Assembly: GCF_006345805.1 (NCBI RefSeq)
Contig: NC_043008.1
Span: 28,458,001 to 28,522,000 of the forward strand
Origin: Octopus sinensis
Lineage: Eukaryota
Length of the DNA stretch: 64,000 bases
Direction of reading: 5' to 3'
Shown: positions 39,330 to 52,600 of the stretch, one piece after another
How the letters are laid out: every line of letters begins with the position of its first letter
Position numbering within the stretch: the first letter of the stretch is position 1
Position numbers and translations under genes: made by a program
The notes under the pieces: generated by a model
What the model was told of the DNA's origin: nothing
Databases searched by the model: none
Seen by the model: the letters and a program-made list of their open reading frames with translations, nothing else

Positions 39330-39543
39330 CTTTTCTACTCTAAACACAAGGCCCAAAATTTTGGTCGAGGGGTCAGTCGATTAGATGGACCTCAGTACGC
39401 AACTGGTATTTAATTTATCGATCCTGAATGGATGAAAGGAAAAGTCGACCTCCATGGAATTTGAACCCAGAACGTAACGACAGACGAAATACTGCTAAGC
39501 ATTTCGCCCGGCGTGCTAACGTTTCTGCCAGTTCGCCGCCTTA
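39330..39543 (-). mobile_element. tRNA-derived SINE
   Basis: Head aaggcggcgaactggcagaaacgttagcacgccgggcgaaatg; approximate TSD agtc(c/t)caaaat. Confidence 0.85.
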
Positions 39544-42138
39544 CAGTCTCAAAATGTTAATAGTCGCAAGACAGCAGACTCTTCAAACAAACGCAGTGTG
39601 AGATTTATAACTACCATTTCAGTTCTTATAACTACCATTTCAGATATTATAACGTAATTCCCAAAAGAGTTGGAAAATATCTGGTTTCCAATGCATCGAA
39701 AAGCGGTATTACGGTTCTATAAATATAGAACTTCTAGACCCTGAAATCCACGAAGTGTGGTTTTTGTGAGTTTCCTACACTACACTTGAGACAAATTGCC
39801 CACCAGAGGCCTGATAGCGCATATCCATTTAAAGTTATGTATTGTAGTGATGATGTGTAACTATTTATAAACAATGTAATATCAACAAGAAAATAGACTA
39901 TCGATTTATAAGTTATATCATCAAATATTAGAACAACGAATTTATGAAGGTTAAGATTTCCCCTATTTATATTGGTGCCATGAGAACAATGACAAAAATT
40001 TTCGAGCAAACATTGAAAAATGTGTAGTATTTCCAGTGTTGTGTGTAAGTGTGAATGTGTCTACATGGTTTCACTTCGTTTAAATATTGGTTCTTGTTGT
40101 TTGAAAAATGTATAAATTTATAGCATATTAAATTATTAAATTTCCGGTTTTCGTTTAGGTTGGGAAATGAAAATTTGGTTAAATATAATCCTGCAGTGAT
40201 GTATAGAGTGAAATAAAATATTTTCACGTCATTCATTGCAGTTTTGTCACTTATAAAATAATGATCTATATGTTTTAAGTATTAAGAACAACGTTGTTGA
40301 CATGAAATAACTTTTCACTTTAGCCTAAATACACGAAACGATATAACATTTTTATAAACGTATGTGTGTATTTGTGTACGTATATATGTATTTGTGTGCG
40401 TATGTACAGATAGAGATAGAAAGAGAGAAACAGAAAATGAGGGAGAGACAGACAGATATGTGTACCTGATACGATTCATTATGTAATTATTTTATTCATC
40501 TCAGCTCCAAGCATTACATCATGGCGTTTATTTCTGGAAATACATTTTGCATGCTTTAATGCTTTAACGTTATATTCTCAATGTCATCATACTACAACCC
40601 ATTTCTTTCATTTCTATTTCATCCCTCGAAGTGATTATAAGTTTTAAGGTTTTCCCAGTTTCTGTATTCGTTATTTTCATGTGTCTATATAGTACACTTT
40701 TCTTGTTAAGTTCTCTAATTCTTTCACCATTTCCACATTTAAATTCACCTTTCTTTTCAATCACCGATTATCTATGTTTATATGTGGAGTCTATATGGTA
40801 GATCTACAAAGTTTGGTTTAACTTTTGTTGTCTGTCTGATCACTTATCTTTCCTTTTGCTCTAAATTTTCCCCTTTTTCCAATTTTCTTAAGTGTAGATA
40901 TATTTATCAGATCTTGCCCACTTTTTTCTATCCACGATATGCATTTCTCTTGGATGATTTTTTGCGTCATTTACTTTTCACTTTCATTTACTGCTTATTG
41001 TTTAGAAATCGCTTTTTAAAATAAGTTTTAATGTCTTTGTAATGTTATCTCATTCACATAATATTTTTATTCAAATTATCTAACGTATGTTATCTACCAT
41101 ATGTTTTAACTTATTTTATGTTTCCCGGTATCAATTTTCGTGCTATACTTTCCTTTTATTTATTCGTCTTTCATCTTCTCCAAATCTTCGTTTGTAATCA
41201 GCCCGATATCATCAACTGCTGTTTTCTCGACCGATCTTTCGCTGTTTATTCACTTTTTTTTGTTTTAATTTCCTATATTTTCGTTCTATTTGTAATTCTT
41301 TTCAGAATTTCCTTTCTGTAGGTTATCGCTTTTGTTTTAATTGTATTTGCTCTCAAATATTTGCTTTGATATCTCCTCAGTTGTGCAAGAAATCATATTA
41401 AAGAAAGGTCAACAAATGTTAAATTCATCATCTTCAAAATTTAGGTTTAAGAACACACGATATATTTATTCAATTATTCGTTTTGACGTTAATACTGTCA
41501 TTTCAGCTATATGTTTTAAGTGTAAAACTAAATATTTATATTTGATGTTATTTTCAATACTTGAAAAGTTTCAATGTTTCTGTAGATGTGTGAAATACAA
41601 GAGTTCAAGAAACGATTTATGTTTCAACTATGTATATTTCAAAAAATTCTTTTATTTGAAAAGATCACTGATATTATAGGCATTGTAAGAAACGTATTCT
41701 CAGAAGAAACACATTTGCATTTTCTATTTGTAACAATATACCTATCTAATTCACTATTTTGTTCTCGCCATTAAACAAAATCTTTTAATTTTGTTTTATA
41801 GTAATGCATTTTATTTCTATAACAGAATATATACATAAGTAAGAGAACATTGCTGCAAGGAAATTGTAATGGATATATAAATATTGTAATCAGAAGTTAA
41901 CTTTAATAAATCACGCATATATGATACATTACTAGACTGTTTTCTATTTACATACCTATGGAAATTTCATCATTCTCACTCTCTTTGTAGAGATCCACAC
42001 ACGTACACACACACATACACGTAGCAAACACACACATGCACACAGACATACAGTTATATTCAATCATACAAAAGCAAATAAATATTTGTACATAGAATTA
42101 TGTGGACAACCTGCGAGAGAGATAGATGCATTGAGAGA

Positions 42139-42195
<57 letters not shown>

Positions 42196-42220
42196 TATAT
42201 ATGTATATATATAGAGAGAG

Positions 42221-42271
<51 letters not shown>

Positions 42272-42758
42272 CATACTATCAGTTATTTGGTTGGTTGATT
42301 GGTGGTTAGTTGATGTGGCTGGTTGCCTGGTTGGCTGGCCGGTCGGTCAGTCAGTCAGTCAGGTAGGCAGCATGTAAGCCAGGTAGCCAGCTAATCTTCT
42401 TTCAATTTCTGCTCTCAGCTGCGCGTGTGTATGTGAGAGAGGAGAAAAGGGACAGCATAGCGAAAGTTTTGGCTGACTGTCATCCTGTACTCCCTTTGTT
42501 GCTAGCGAAATGGTATATGCTGGCTGTGGGAGCAACTGGTTGTTTTAATGGCGGAACTAGTAGGGGAATTCCTCTAGAAAATGTTTTAATCGATTTTCTC
42601 TGTAGGTATGAGAGCTAGGAAAAATACAAACGGAATTCCAGTCTATACACCCGTCTCCACATGTGTGCCATTTTTCACGTGAACCCACCCAGCCGTTTGT
42701 CTGTGAACCTCAAGACAAGAATGAATACAGCGATCGCTCATGTTCAATTTATATTATA

Positions 42759-43281
42759 CTAGCAGTATCGCCCGGCGTTGCTCGGGTTTGTAAGGGAAAT
42801 AACTATATAAGCATTTTTAGTGAGTTATAGCAAAGAAATAGCAAAAAAATGCATTAAAAATGGAATAAAAAATGATGGTAATTTTGGTGTCTTCAAGCCA
42901 CGAAGTCGTTGTTCTAAAAGAACGCTAGTCTCCTTGACAGTGCTTTACGACGTTGATTTCCTTACACTCCCTTCCCCACAGCTTCACGAGGGAGGGAAGA
43001 AGGGGGAGAAGCAACACAGGTGCAGGTGTGACCATGGACGCCAACTCCGCCGCCATCGACACACGAAAAAATATGCGTTAAAATGGAAAAAAATGATGTT
43101 AAATTATTTTTTAAATTGTAGACTCATTGTAGACGCGCACTAATACGCAGACGGGCTCGATATGAATCACGACTATAAGATACCCGAATTTGGTTAAACT
43201 GCACCGCAAAATGTGGGAGTAGTTAGGAATCTAATTCGTAGGAGACAGACACTCACACAACTACAGTTTTATATATATAGA
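42759..43281 (-). mobile_element. Non-autonomous Helitron
   Basis: Minus strand 5' A^TCTATATATATAAAAC; 3' cccgagcaacgccggg hairpin + gatactgCTAG^T. Confidence 0.85.
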
Positions 43282-43293
43282 TATATATATATG

Positions 43294-43900
43294 TAAAAAT
43301 AATAAAGTGTAAAATTAATTAATAAATTGGTAATTAATAATTCTACCAAGTAGTGTTCAGCATGTTAAAAGGACCATTTACGGTAAACTTAAACATTACT
43401 ATATATAATTATGAGTATAAGTATAAGTAGGGTTCAGCAAAAAAAAAAAAATTTGCTTTGCCACATACCGAACTTTTAGAAATAGCAGCCAAAAACTTAG
43501 CTATTTTTGCTACTATAAGAAGAATATCCCAGACAATGTATCCTCAAAATCAATTCACGTAGGCATAGAGGAAAAAATAACGAAAATTCACCCGGCATTT
43601 GATTACTTGTCGACGCGTTTCTGAGTTAGATAGATATGGAGATGCAAGAATTACATCTCCATTTTATCATTCTCTTCATCAGCACAAAGATTTCAATATT
43701 TTAAATTAGAGAGCACTGAAAAAATTGAACATACCTATCTGATTCAAGTAACATCAGACAAACTATTTTCAACATCCAGTACCAACGAATTCAAAACATA
43801 CGAATGCGGCTTCGTATTCTCCTTCACCCACTCACGTATGTTGTCGAGCAACAAATTTCTACTAGCGTTGTGTGCCGCAATAATTTCTGGCTTTAGAAAA
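43294..43900 (-). repeat. pLTR-like repeat containing a decayed hammerhead (43607-43688)
   Basis: Minus strand: tttgtg-CTGATGA-...atggagatgtaa/ttgcatctccat...-GAAACGC-GTC-gacaag, with mismatches at the base of stems I and II. Confidence 0.6.
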
Positions 43901-44294
43901 AAGTTAGTCTAATATTATTATTAAATATTCTATAGCATTTTGAAAAATATTTAGCCAATGCCAAATAGAATAGATGAATTTAGGTATATTGGAAATTGTT
44001 ATCGGAAGGGAATTATATAGCACTCGAATTGCTAGAGGTGTCTATGTTATTAAGGAATAGAAGCGCAAGCAAATATAGGTGAGATATTTATGCTGTAGAA
44101 AACTTTTAAATAAACTCGCATGTGAAAAAAATCTCATAAACGTTATCAAATACTCAACAGAATATTTGTAGTTCCAAATAGGAACACAGAAGTACCCATC
44201 GAGTGAAGTTTAACAATAGTAGAATATTTTCCTAAACTTGAGTACCATATATATACATACATATATATATATATATGAATACATACATCCATAC

Positions 44295-44352
<58 letters not shown>

Positions 44353-44409
44353 CATTATTGGTGAATTGAAGAAATGGAGCTGAACGCAGATTGAACAGAA
44401 ATCGTTTTA

Positions 44410-44494
44410 TTTCATTCTACACGTGTTTCGAAAGGCACAATTACCAAAATCCGATTGATATGGACCATATTGTGTCTTTCTCTTCAGGAAGAAA
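44410..44494 (-). ncRNA. Type I hammerhead ribozyme (left arm)
   Basis: Near reverse complement of 45586-45674 (small indels in the stem II loop). Confidence 0.82.
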
Positions 44495-45585
44495 AAGAAA
44501 TCCGTTGGAAAAACAAAAACAGAACAGAGGCGGAGCAAAAAACAAATCGAACTGTGCTCCTAAGAGCCCATGGCGAAACTGTTTATCAGTGTATGTTGAG
44601 AACCGGTGCTGAAGAATTCAACGGTCAGGCATCGGTCATCATGTGGGTGAGTGTTAGATGTTCTTTGTGACCGAGAATAAAGTTCTGACTATTTAAAGAA
44701 TATTGGATGTTTTATAAGTGGCGAGAAAAAATCTACTTAGAGACGTGTGTGTGTGTATACTGTTCTATATATGTGTGTGTTGGCGTAGGGGTAGAAAACA
44801 TTTTTTGTGTACGTGTGTGCGTTTGATCGTTCGGCTGTCAGTGGCTACTGCTGTGATAACCGTTGGGTGGCAGAAAGAAAAAAATAAAAAAATTATATAT
44901 ATATATTATGTTTTATGTGTGTGTGTGTTCATCTAAGCCTACCTTGTCAAGGAAACCCCCCGCTGTGAAAAAACCAAGCCCCGTTTGTCTTACAGGAGTA
45001 ATTCCCAAATTCTGTTACCAAATTCTGAAATAGCCTTTAAGATATCTACGATTGACCACTGCAAGGGGAATTACTCCTGTAAGACAAACGGGGCTTGGTT
45101 TTTTCACAGCGGGGGGTTTCCTTGACAAGGTAGGCTTAGATGAACACCACACACATAAAACATAATATATATATATAATTTTTTTATTTTTTTCTTTCTG
45201 CCACCCAACGGTTATCACAGCAGTAGCCACTGACAGCCGAACGATCAAACGCACACACGTACACAAAAAATGTTTTCTACCCCTACGCCAACACACACAT
45301 ATATAGAACAGTATACACACACACACGTCTCTAAGTAGATTTTTTCTCGCCACTTATAAAACATCCAATATTCTTTAAATAGTCAGAACTTTATTCTCGG
45401 TCACAAAGAACATCTATACACCCTCACCCACATGATTGACCGATGCCTGACCCGTTGAATTCTTCAGCCACCGGTTCTCAACATACACTGATAAACAGTT
45501 TCGCCATGGGCTCTTAGGAGCACAGTTCGATTTGTTTTTTGCTCCGCCTCTGTTCTGTTTTTTGTTTTTCCAACGGATTTCCTTT

Positions 45586-45674
45586 TTTCTTCCTGAAGAG
45601 AAAGACACAATATGGTCCCATTATTCAATCGGATTTTGGTAATTTGTGCCTTTCGAAACACGTGTAGAATGAAA
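45586..45674 (+). ncRNA. Type I hammerhead ribozyme, predicted cleavage after 45666
   Basis: tttcttc-CTGAAGA-gaaagacacaa...ttgtgcctttc-GAAA-cacgt-GTA-gaatgaaa; stem III ACACGTGT is a perfect palindrome. Confidence 0.85.
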
Positions 45675-45879
45675 TAAAACGATTTCTGTTCAATCTGCGT
45701 TCAGCTCCATTTCTTCAATTCACCAATAATGTTTTAATTTCAATTATCCGCACCAACGCACGGTTGCAACGCCAGATGGTTGTACCTCCAACCGTGCTGT
45801 TTACTGCTGTGATTTTTGCTATCGGTTAAACTGTTGATTAATCTACTACAAGATTATTCATCTTTCTATTTCACATAAT

Positions 45880-45922
<43 letters not shown>

Positions 45923-47499
45923 TATACACACACACATATATATATATATATGTATATACATATATATACACACACATATATATATATGTATATACATATT
46001 TATTTATATATACGCGCACACATCCATACATAGATATACACATATGCATACATACATATATATATGCATGCATAAATCTTTCAAAACACTTCGCTACGTG
46101 CTATGACAACAAAATCTGTAGGAATCTAAGGAAAACATGATTTTCGTAACTGCATATGGTTTCATTTTTATTTTTGTACCTAAATAACTTCCTTAAATAC
46201 TTTATATTCGTTTAATGATATTTACCATTATTATGCATTAGATTTTATCATAGAATTTGGGAAACTTACATACATAATTCAAAATATAACGTGTATAAAA
46301 CGTCAATTTTGTAAATTGTCTGAAAATAGGGAATGTAACCACGAGGCTATTGGATAAGAAGGAATTGTTTTGGAATTTAAAAAAAAAGATTTTGAAGTGT
46401 CGAGCACAAAACGATTCTTAATACTTGCAGACGAGAGTAAGCAAATTACATTGTTCAATAACAGCATAAATTTGTCGCTGTTAGCTGTGAATACATGAAT
46501 ACAAAACTCATTGTGTTTCTTTTAATATAAAAAGAAACACATCACTGCCATCGATTTTTTTAATTGTAATATAATTATTAATCCTAAAGCAATGTGTACG
46601 TACAAGTACTACAATATCTGGAAACAAACACAACATTCAGATCTTTAAGATATATCAATATTTGGTTTATGAATTATAACCGTAACTCAGGAACATTTGT
46701 TAGTTACAAGACGAATAAATTATTATTGAAGCTGAAGTTGTCTGCAAACATCCAGTTTCATTTCACCTCGAGGAAGTCCATTATCCATCATTTTGCCCGA
46801 CCACTTTTATATTTGCACCAACGACAGAACCACTTAATCATCCTAGCGATATCTCCCTGTGTATTCTAGACAAAACTTTTACGTAGCCTTAAAATAGTCA
46901 CGTAGAATAATTTTAACATGGAACAAATATTAGACGTCTTTATCCTGCAGTTATTGTAGAAGTGAGGATGTTTTACGATGTCTCCCATTTCGACTGACGT
47001 TATCAGTGTATCCGCTGACAGATAATAATTGACTTAATTAACAAAGATTTATTGTAGTCAAAATGGGGAATTCTGGATTATGAGAAATTTGTTAACAATT
47101 TGCTCATTAATAAATAGATCATTTAAGTTTTACACACTTCTTCTACATAATACTTGACGTTGTTCAAACAAGAACTAGATTCTATGTTTCATTATGATAT
47201 TTCCATTTTTCTGTATTAGTTAATTTCAGAATGTCTCATTATAAACCTGAGATCCTCAACATATTTCTCAGCTCCGAAAACAAGGTCCATGAATCTAATG
47301 TGAGACTTGGAAAAGTGACAGTGTAAGTGTAAATATAAGTATGGTCATATTAAGGCTTCCAAACAAATTGGAAGCAATTTTTTTTACAACAGACCTGTAA
47401 ATATGAAGTGAGGTTTTTATAGAATCTTACTATAAAGGTGATAGGCATAAGACGACGGTGTGACTGTGGTTAATACACAACCAGAAATATATATCTGCA

Positions 47500-47732
47500 A
47501 AGTCGGCGAGGTGGCAGAAAAGTTAGCACACCGGGTGAAATGCTTAGCGGTATTTCGTCTGTATTTACGTTCTGATTTCAAATTCCGCCGAGGTCGACTT
47601 TGCCTTTCATCATTTCGGGGTCGATAGATTAAGTACCAGTTACGCACTGGGGTCGATGTAATCGATTAAATCCCTTTGCCTGTCCTTGTTTGTCCCCTCT
47701 ATGTTTAGCCCCTTGTGGGCTATAAAGACATA
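47500..47732 (+). mobile_element. Full-length tRNA-derived SINE with 17-bp TSD
   Basis: TSD agaaatatatatctgca at 47483-47499 and 47733-47749; A/B-box-like tggcagaaa and gatttcaaattcc. Confidence 0.9.
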
Positions 47733-48076
47733 AGAAATATATATCTGCATATTTCTGACCATCGTTTCCCCCAATATCAGATCCCAAACAATCGTTTTCC
47801 ATGTAAGTAATATTTACAGCATAATATATATTTCATATGCAGGTTGTTTGAAACGTACGATCCATAAGTTGAGGGGCATCTATAAGCTGTCTTCGAGCTT
47901 GTTCCTACACCCAATAGCGCACAAATCTTCTTATACATGGAGTGAACAAGAACCAGGTACTATATTGGCTCTCAAAATAACGAAATCATAATTTGTTTTT
48001 TAAACAGCTATAAATAAATATGAAGGCCACCAAAAGTCCACACGACTACAACTGAAATTATAGGAGGATTGTCAGA

Positions 48077-48185
<109 letters not shown>

Positions 48186-48252
48186 TGTGTAATCGAAGAA
48201 GAATGAGAAAAGGGAAATTATAAGTTTATTATCAACAACAAATCGATCATTA

Positions 48253-48322
48253 TCCCTTACATCTGTTTCAGTTAAACTTAAAAATTAAGTTCATATAGCT
48301 GAGCATAATCACTTCAGAAGGA
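48253..48322 (-). ncRNA. Degenerate hammerhead-like motif in a pLTR-like fragment
   Basis: Minus strand: tcctt-CTGAAGT...GAAACAGAT-GTA-aggga. Stem I pairs, but core A9 is altered and stem II is irregular. Confidence 0.45.
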
Positions 48323-49059
48323 AAAATGCATCAGATAATGTGTATAATTGTTTGTATATTTACCACAGCAGACTGGATGATACTGTTTATGATTTATATT
48401 TATGTGTTTGGACGAGGTGTTTGCAAAGCAATCACGCACTCCAGTCATTGCAATTCTATATCTCAATAACATACATACATCTAGCAATCTTCAGTGGTAT
48501 ATAATTCCCTTCCGAAAACTAATAATTCACCAAAATACATAAATTTATCTATACGGCGTTGGCTAAACATTATTCAAAAAGCAGTAAATACTAGAGAATA
48601 TTTGATAAACCTAATATTTGAGTTGCATTAATAACTACATTAACATATCCTTAACAACATATTAATACCCGTTGTACACACACATACACACCCATATACA
48701 TACACACACGCACATATGCATGAATACATGTATGTATGCATATATGCATGTATGGCTCTGTGAGTGTAAGCTGCCTTTACATGCATATATGTGTGTGCAT
48801 ATGGGTAGATGCATGTGAGTATATGTATAGATCTATATGTAGATGAATGTATGTGTGTATATGAATATATGTGTGTGAATGTATATGGATATTTGTATAT
48901 GTATGTGGACATGAATATATCCGTTCTTATGCTTATGTGTGTGTATGGGTTTATATGTGTATGTATATATCTATACATATTTAAAGATTAATAGAAAGAA
49001 AACAAATTTCAGGAGTCATAGGTTATTTTGTCAATATATTTCCCAACACAGTTCTATAT

Positions 49060-49966
49060 TTAAGAGATGAGGAATTACGTACATTATTTACATTATTTAC
49101 ATTTGACGGATTAAAAATATAATCAGCTAGCATTCCTGGACGTATTAATAACACGCACGAAGTATGGATTCAGGACATTCGTATAATGGAAGCCGACCTT
49201 CACTGGACAATACCTCGACTTCAATTCCCACCATCCATACCGTGTAAAGGGGTGGATTTCTCAGTGCCTAAACCATCGAGGAAAGAATATAAGTAGCGAT
49301 CGTGATACACACCATGAAGAAATGATTAAGTTCAGTAACAATCTATTAAGCAACAACTATCCGCAAAAAACATACTATCCACTCCAATAATAAAGAAAAG
49401 GGAGGATGAAACCAATAAACTGTCCACATTCTGTCTACCCTATGTGAAATGCCTCTCCGAAAAGATACAAAAGATATCATATCGAGTAAAACAACCAACA
49501 TAAGCAATTATGACCAAAAACTGCGTGTACTCCATCCCATGCAGCTGTGGTAGGTTATACAAAGGCGAAACAAGACACCCCCTCAAAATAAGGGTAGACA
49601 AATATCGCTAAGATGTGACACGAGGAGATACTGATAAATCGGGTATAGCTGATCATGTATGAAAAAATGGAGACACCTCCCCCTCCTGGATGAAGTTAAA
49701 TAATAGATAGAGAACACCACTGGAAAACTAAAATTAGCAGCACAAATGCTAGGACACAACAACCTCCTAAGCAGACTGAGTGGAGATATGAATAGCATAT
49801 GGGAAACGGTATTAAGCAAGGATAGGAATATATTAGAATTATAAGCCCTAAAATACAGTCCATAATTGCCCACGGGCATATAGCGTAGTGGTTAAGAGCG
49901 TGGGCCACAAAGCTCAAGATTCCAGGTTCGAATAATAATAATAATAATAACAATAAGAAGAATAGC

Positions 49967-49997
<31 letters not shown>

Positions 49998-50555
49998 GAA
50001 ATTAGCAAAATGTGGAACCTGAAGACTAAAACAATACCTGTTATCATAGGTGTCCTGGGAATGATAGCAAAAGGGGCTGATTGCTACCTAGCTCACATAC
50101 CAGGAAACCCCAAAATGGCAGAAATTCTAAAGATAGTGTTCATGTGAACTGCTTTCTATGTAATCTCAAGTTTTAAAACCAACATAATTTTCTTATGGTT
50201 TCTTAAACATTCTCTAGAATAACACTATGTACAAAACCAAATATATGACACCCTATGCATAACACCAACATGAACATCCAACTTGTTGTCTCTTGAGTTC
50301 TCTGGGTGAGACTTAGAGCCAACTTGTACACATGTAAATAAAAAGTCAAACATAAGATAATAATAATACTAATACTAATACTAATAATAATAATAATAAT
50401 AATAACGACGACATCGTAAAATACCTTAGGAAATAGAACCCAGGTTCGAAATTTCCCCGAGACACATGATGGAGGCAGAAGGGTTTATCAGCCAAGACGT
50501 TGTGTGAACAACAAAAAAGATGAGAACAAATATCTGTAAAATATAAATAATGTTC
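49060..50555 (+). mobile_element. Decayed Penelope-like element (Penelope/Poseidon-like) with inverted 5' pLTR end and 3' pLTR
   Basis: KPTFTGQYLDFNSHHPY, LPYVKCLSEKIQKI, KNCVYSIPCSCGRLYKGET (GIY-YIG). 49081-49110 is inverted relative to 50530-50553. A decayed HHR lies at 50462-50505. Confidence 0.85.
49998..50400 (+). mobile_element. Short R4/Dong-type LINE 3' end nested in the (AAT)n of the PLE
   Basis: EISKMWNLKTKTIPVIIGVLGMIAKG; AAT runs on both sides. Confidence 0.8.
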
Positions 50556-50714
50556 AAGACTTATTCTTTGTAAGCCTAGTACTTATTCTATCGACCTCTT
50601 TTACAGAACCGCTAAGTTAAATTTGAAGCTTAGAGCGAAAGTACATGATATTCAGGCACATGAAATATCAGAAATGCTGCATTTCATCGTTTAAATGAAC
50701 GTTTAGCAGTGATA

Positions 50715-52600
50715 TTATAAGATGAGTCCTAAATACAATAAGTGTTCAAGGTTAAACTTGTATACAGTCTGATCATTTAAGGAGAAAAAATAAATTAAAG
50801 TTGAAAAATATTTGTGTCTACAGAAAATCAAAACATCCGTGATCTTATTAAATAATATTTTTTTTATCAATACGAAATATGTTGATTGTTTTGTGCACAA
50901 TCTGCACGTTCTAGTATGGGTGTTGTATGGGGTCGTTTCAGTCATTATTGACTAAATGACTCTATATTCTTATTTTGCATTTTTAAGTTATTCACATAAA
51001 TATCTAGTGCAGTTGATTTTTTCTTGTCCTGATGTATAAACGTGTTTGTATGTCCCCTGAATCGAGTTTTATAATCTATTTTGCTCCCTATATATTGCTT
51101 TATACAGGATTCATTATGAGTCAAAAGCTCGCATTCATACACTACGTTTGTCCTCAAGCAAAACCCCTTTAGTGGAAAGGAATTCCGGGAACTACAATTA
51201 CAATTTTATTTAGAGGCTTCGCTTTTGCATTCTTAGATTCTATATCATTAACCGTTTTGTGACCAGCTATATGAGCGTGCCTATCAGTAATATAACTTCT
51301 AAAATTAAACTTATTATTCGCATCTATTATAGAACCTGGGTTAGGCGTGGTCGAATACGATTATTTTAGACTGGAAGCACTCCGTCGGTTACGACGACGA
51401 GGGTTCCGGTTGATCCGATCAACGGAACAGCCTGCTCGTGAAATTATCGTGTAAGTGGCTGAGCACTCCACAGACACGTGTACCCTTAACGTAGTTCTCT
51501 GGGATATTCAGCGTGACACAGAGAGTGACAAGGCCGGCCCTTTGAAATACAGGTACAACAGAAACAGGAAGTAAGAGTGAGAGAAAGTTGTGGTGAAAGA
51601 GTACAGCAGGGATCACCACCATCCCTGCCGGAGCTTCCTGGATCTTTAGGTGTTTTCGCTCAATAAACACTCACAACGCCCGGTCTGGGAATCGAAACCG
51701 CGATCCTACGACCGCGACTCCACTGCGCTAACCACTGGGCCATTGCGCCTCCACTATTTTAGACTACACCTATTAAAAATACGATGATATTTATGACCTT
51801 AGGGGAAGATTTTATCAATAATCTTTAAAAACTAACTTGGGTTGATTTTTGACGTGAAAGTAAATATGTGGGTTAAACAATATAATTTCCCGTTTTCTGG
51901 AAGAGTTATTCCAAATTTGCCTATTATCTATTGGGTTCATTATAAAATTATAAATCAAGAAATTTCGATGTTTTCCATATCCATGGCGAAGCTTATGTTT
52001 GTGACGATCATTCGCAGAAGATGTATCAATATTTAATTCTGTTAAATTAGGAAAACGTCTACCCAATTTCTTTTTAAGCAATGCATATCCTCTGATATTA
52101 TGGAACTGCTATGTCGCACATTCGGATGCTTCTACTCAACCCGACTCCTACTTTGCTCCGACTGCTACTCAACGCCGACGTCTAGACTACGTATTGGACT
52201 AGTCTACTTAATCGTCGAGGGGCGTCCACAAACCATGAACTCTTCATTAATCTTCGGGATTAAAAACAGGCCAACAATATCTGTAATCTGGGAGGATCCC
52301 ATTGTGACATCAAAGTCATCTTGGCGGTCACTATGAGTCTAACTTTTTTCTCTGAAAGATATTAGGCTTCGCCTATAGGTTGAAATTATATCTTTGTCTA
52401 AATGTGTGATTTCCATAAATCTATTACCAAAGTTAACTGCTCTGTCTAAAAGTTTCAGCGAAATGTATTGTTAATAGCTACTAATATTGAATTACAAAAA
52501 GTATGTTTTTTCTTTTATTATCCAATGATAAAAAGCATGTTATTACATTCTCCGTACTAATCCAAAATGCTAAATCTATATTCCTTTTCTCATAATGGGC
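50715..52600 (-). mobile_element. Heavily decayed Penelope-like element (Naiad-like): RT and GIY-YIG
   Basis: DFDVTMGS...IVGLFL (RT); KREIILFNP (cf. RNIIWFNPP); PLKGFCLRTNVVYEC...YIGS...KTRFRGH...F; CRLC; CRHK. Confidence 0.75.
51373..51754 (-). mobile_element. Full-length tRNA-derived SINE with 11-bp TSD, inserted in the PLE
   Basis: Head ggaggcgcaatggcccagtggttagcgcag...ggtttcgattccc (A/B boxes); TSD tattttagact at 51362-51372 and 51755-51765. Confidence 0.9.

Larger units (their letters stand above)
44351..45732. repeat. Near-perfect inverted repeat with about 660-bp arms, each carrying a hammerhead; the right arm continues to about 45860
   Basis: 44351-45007 is the reverse complement of 45066-45732, with a spacer of about 58 bp. 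Confidence 0.9.

Noticed and set aside
40500-41780. Strand-skewed AT-rich stretch that might be an old L1/Tx1 ORF2 on the minus strand
   Set aside because: No recognisable catalytic motif
49873-49933. Functional tRNA gene (also the SINE heads at 51680-51754 and 47500)
   Set aside because: No acceptor-stem 3' half or poly-T terminator; these are tRNA-derived repeat heads
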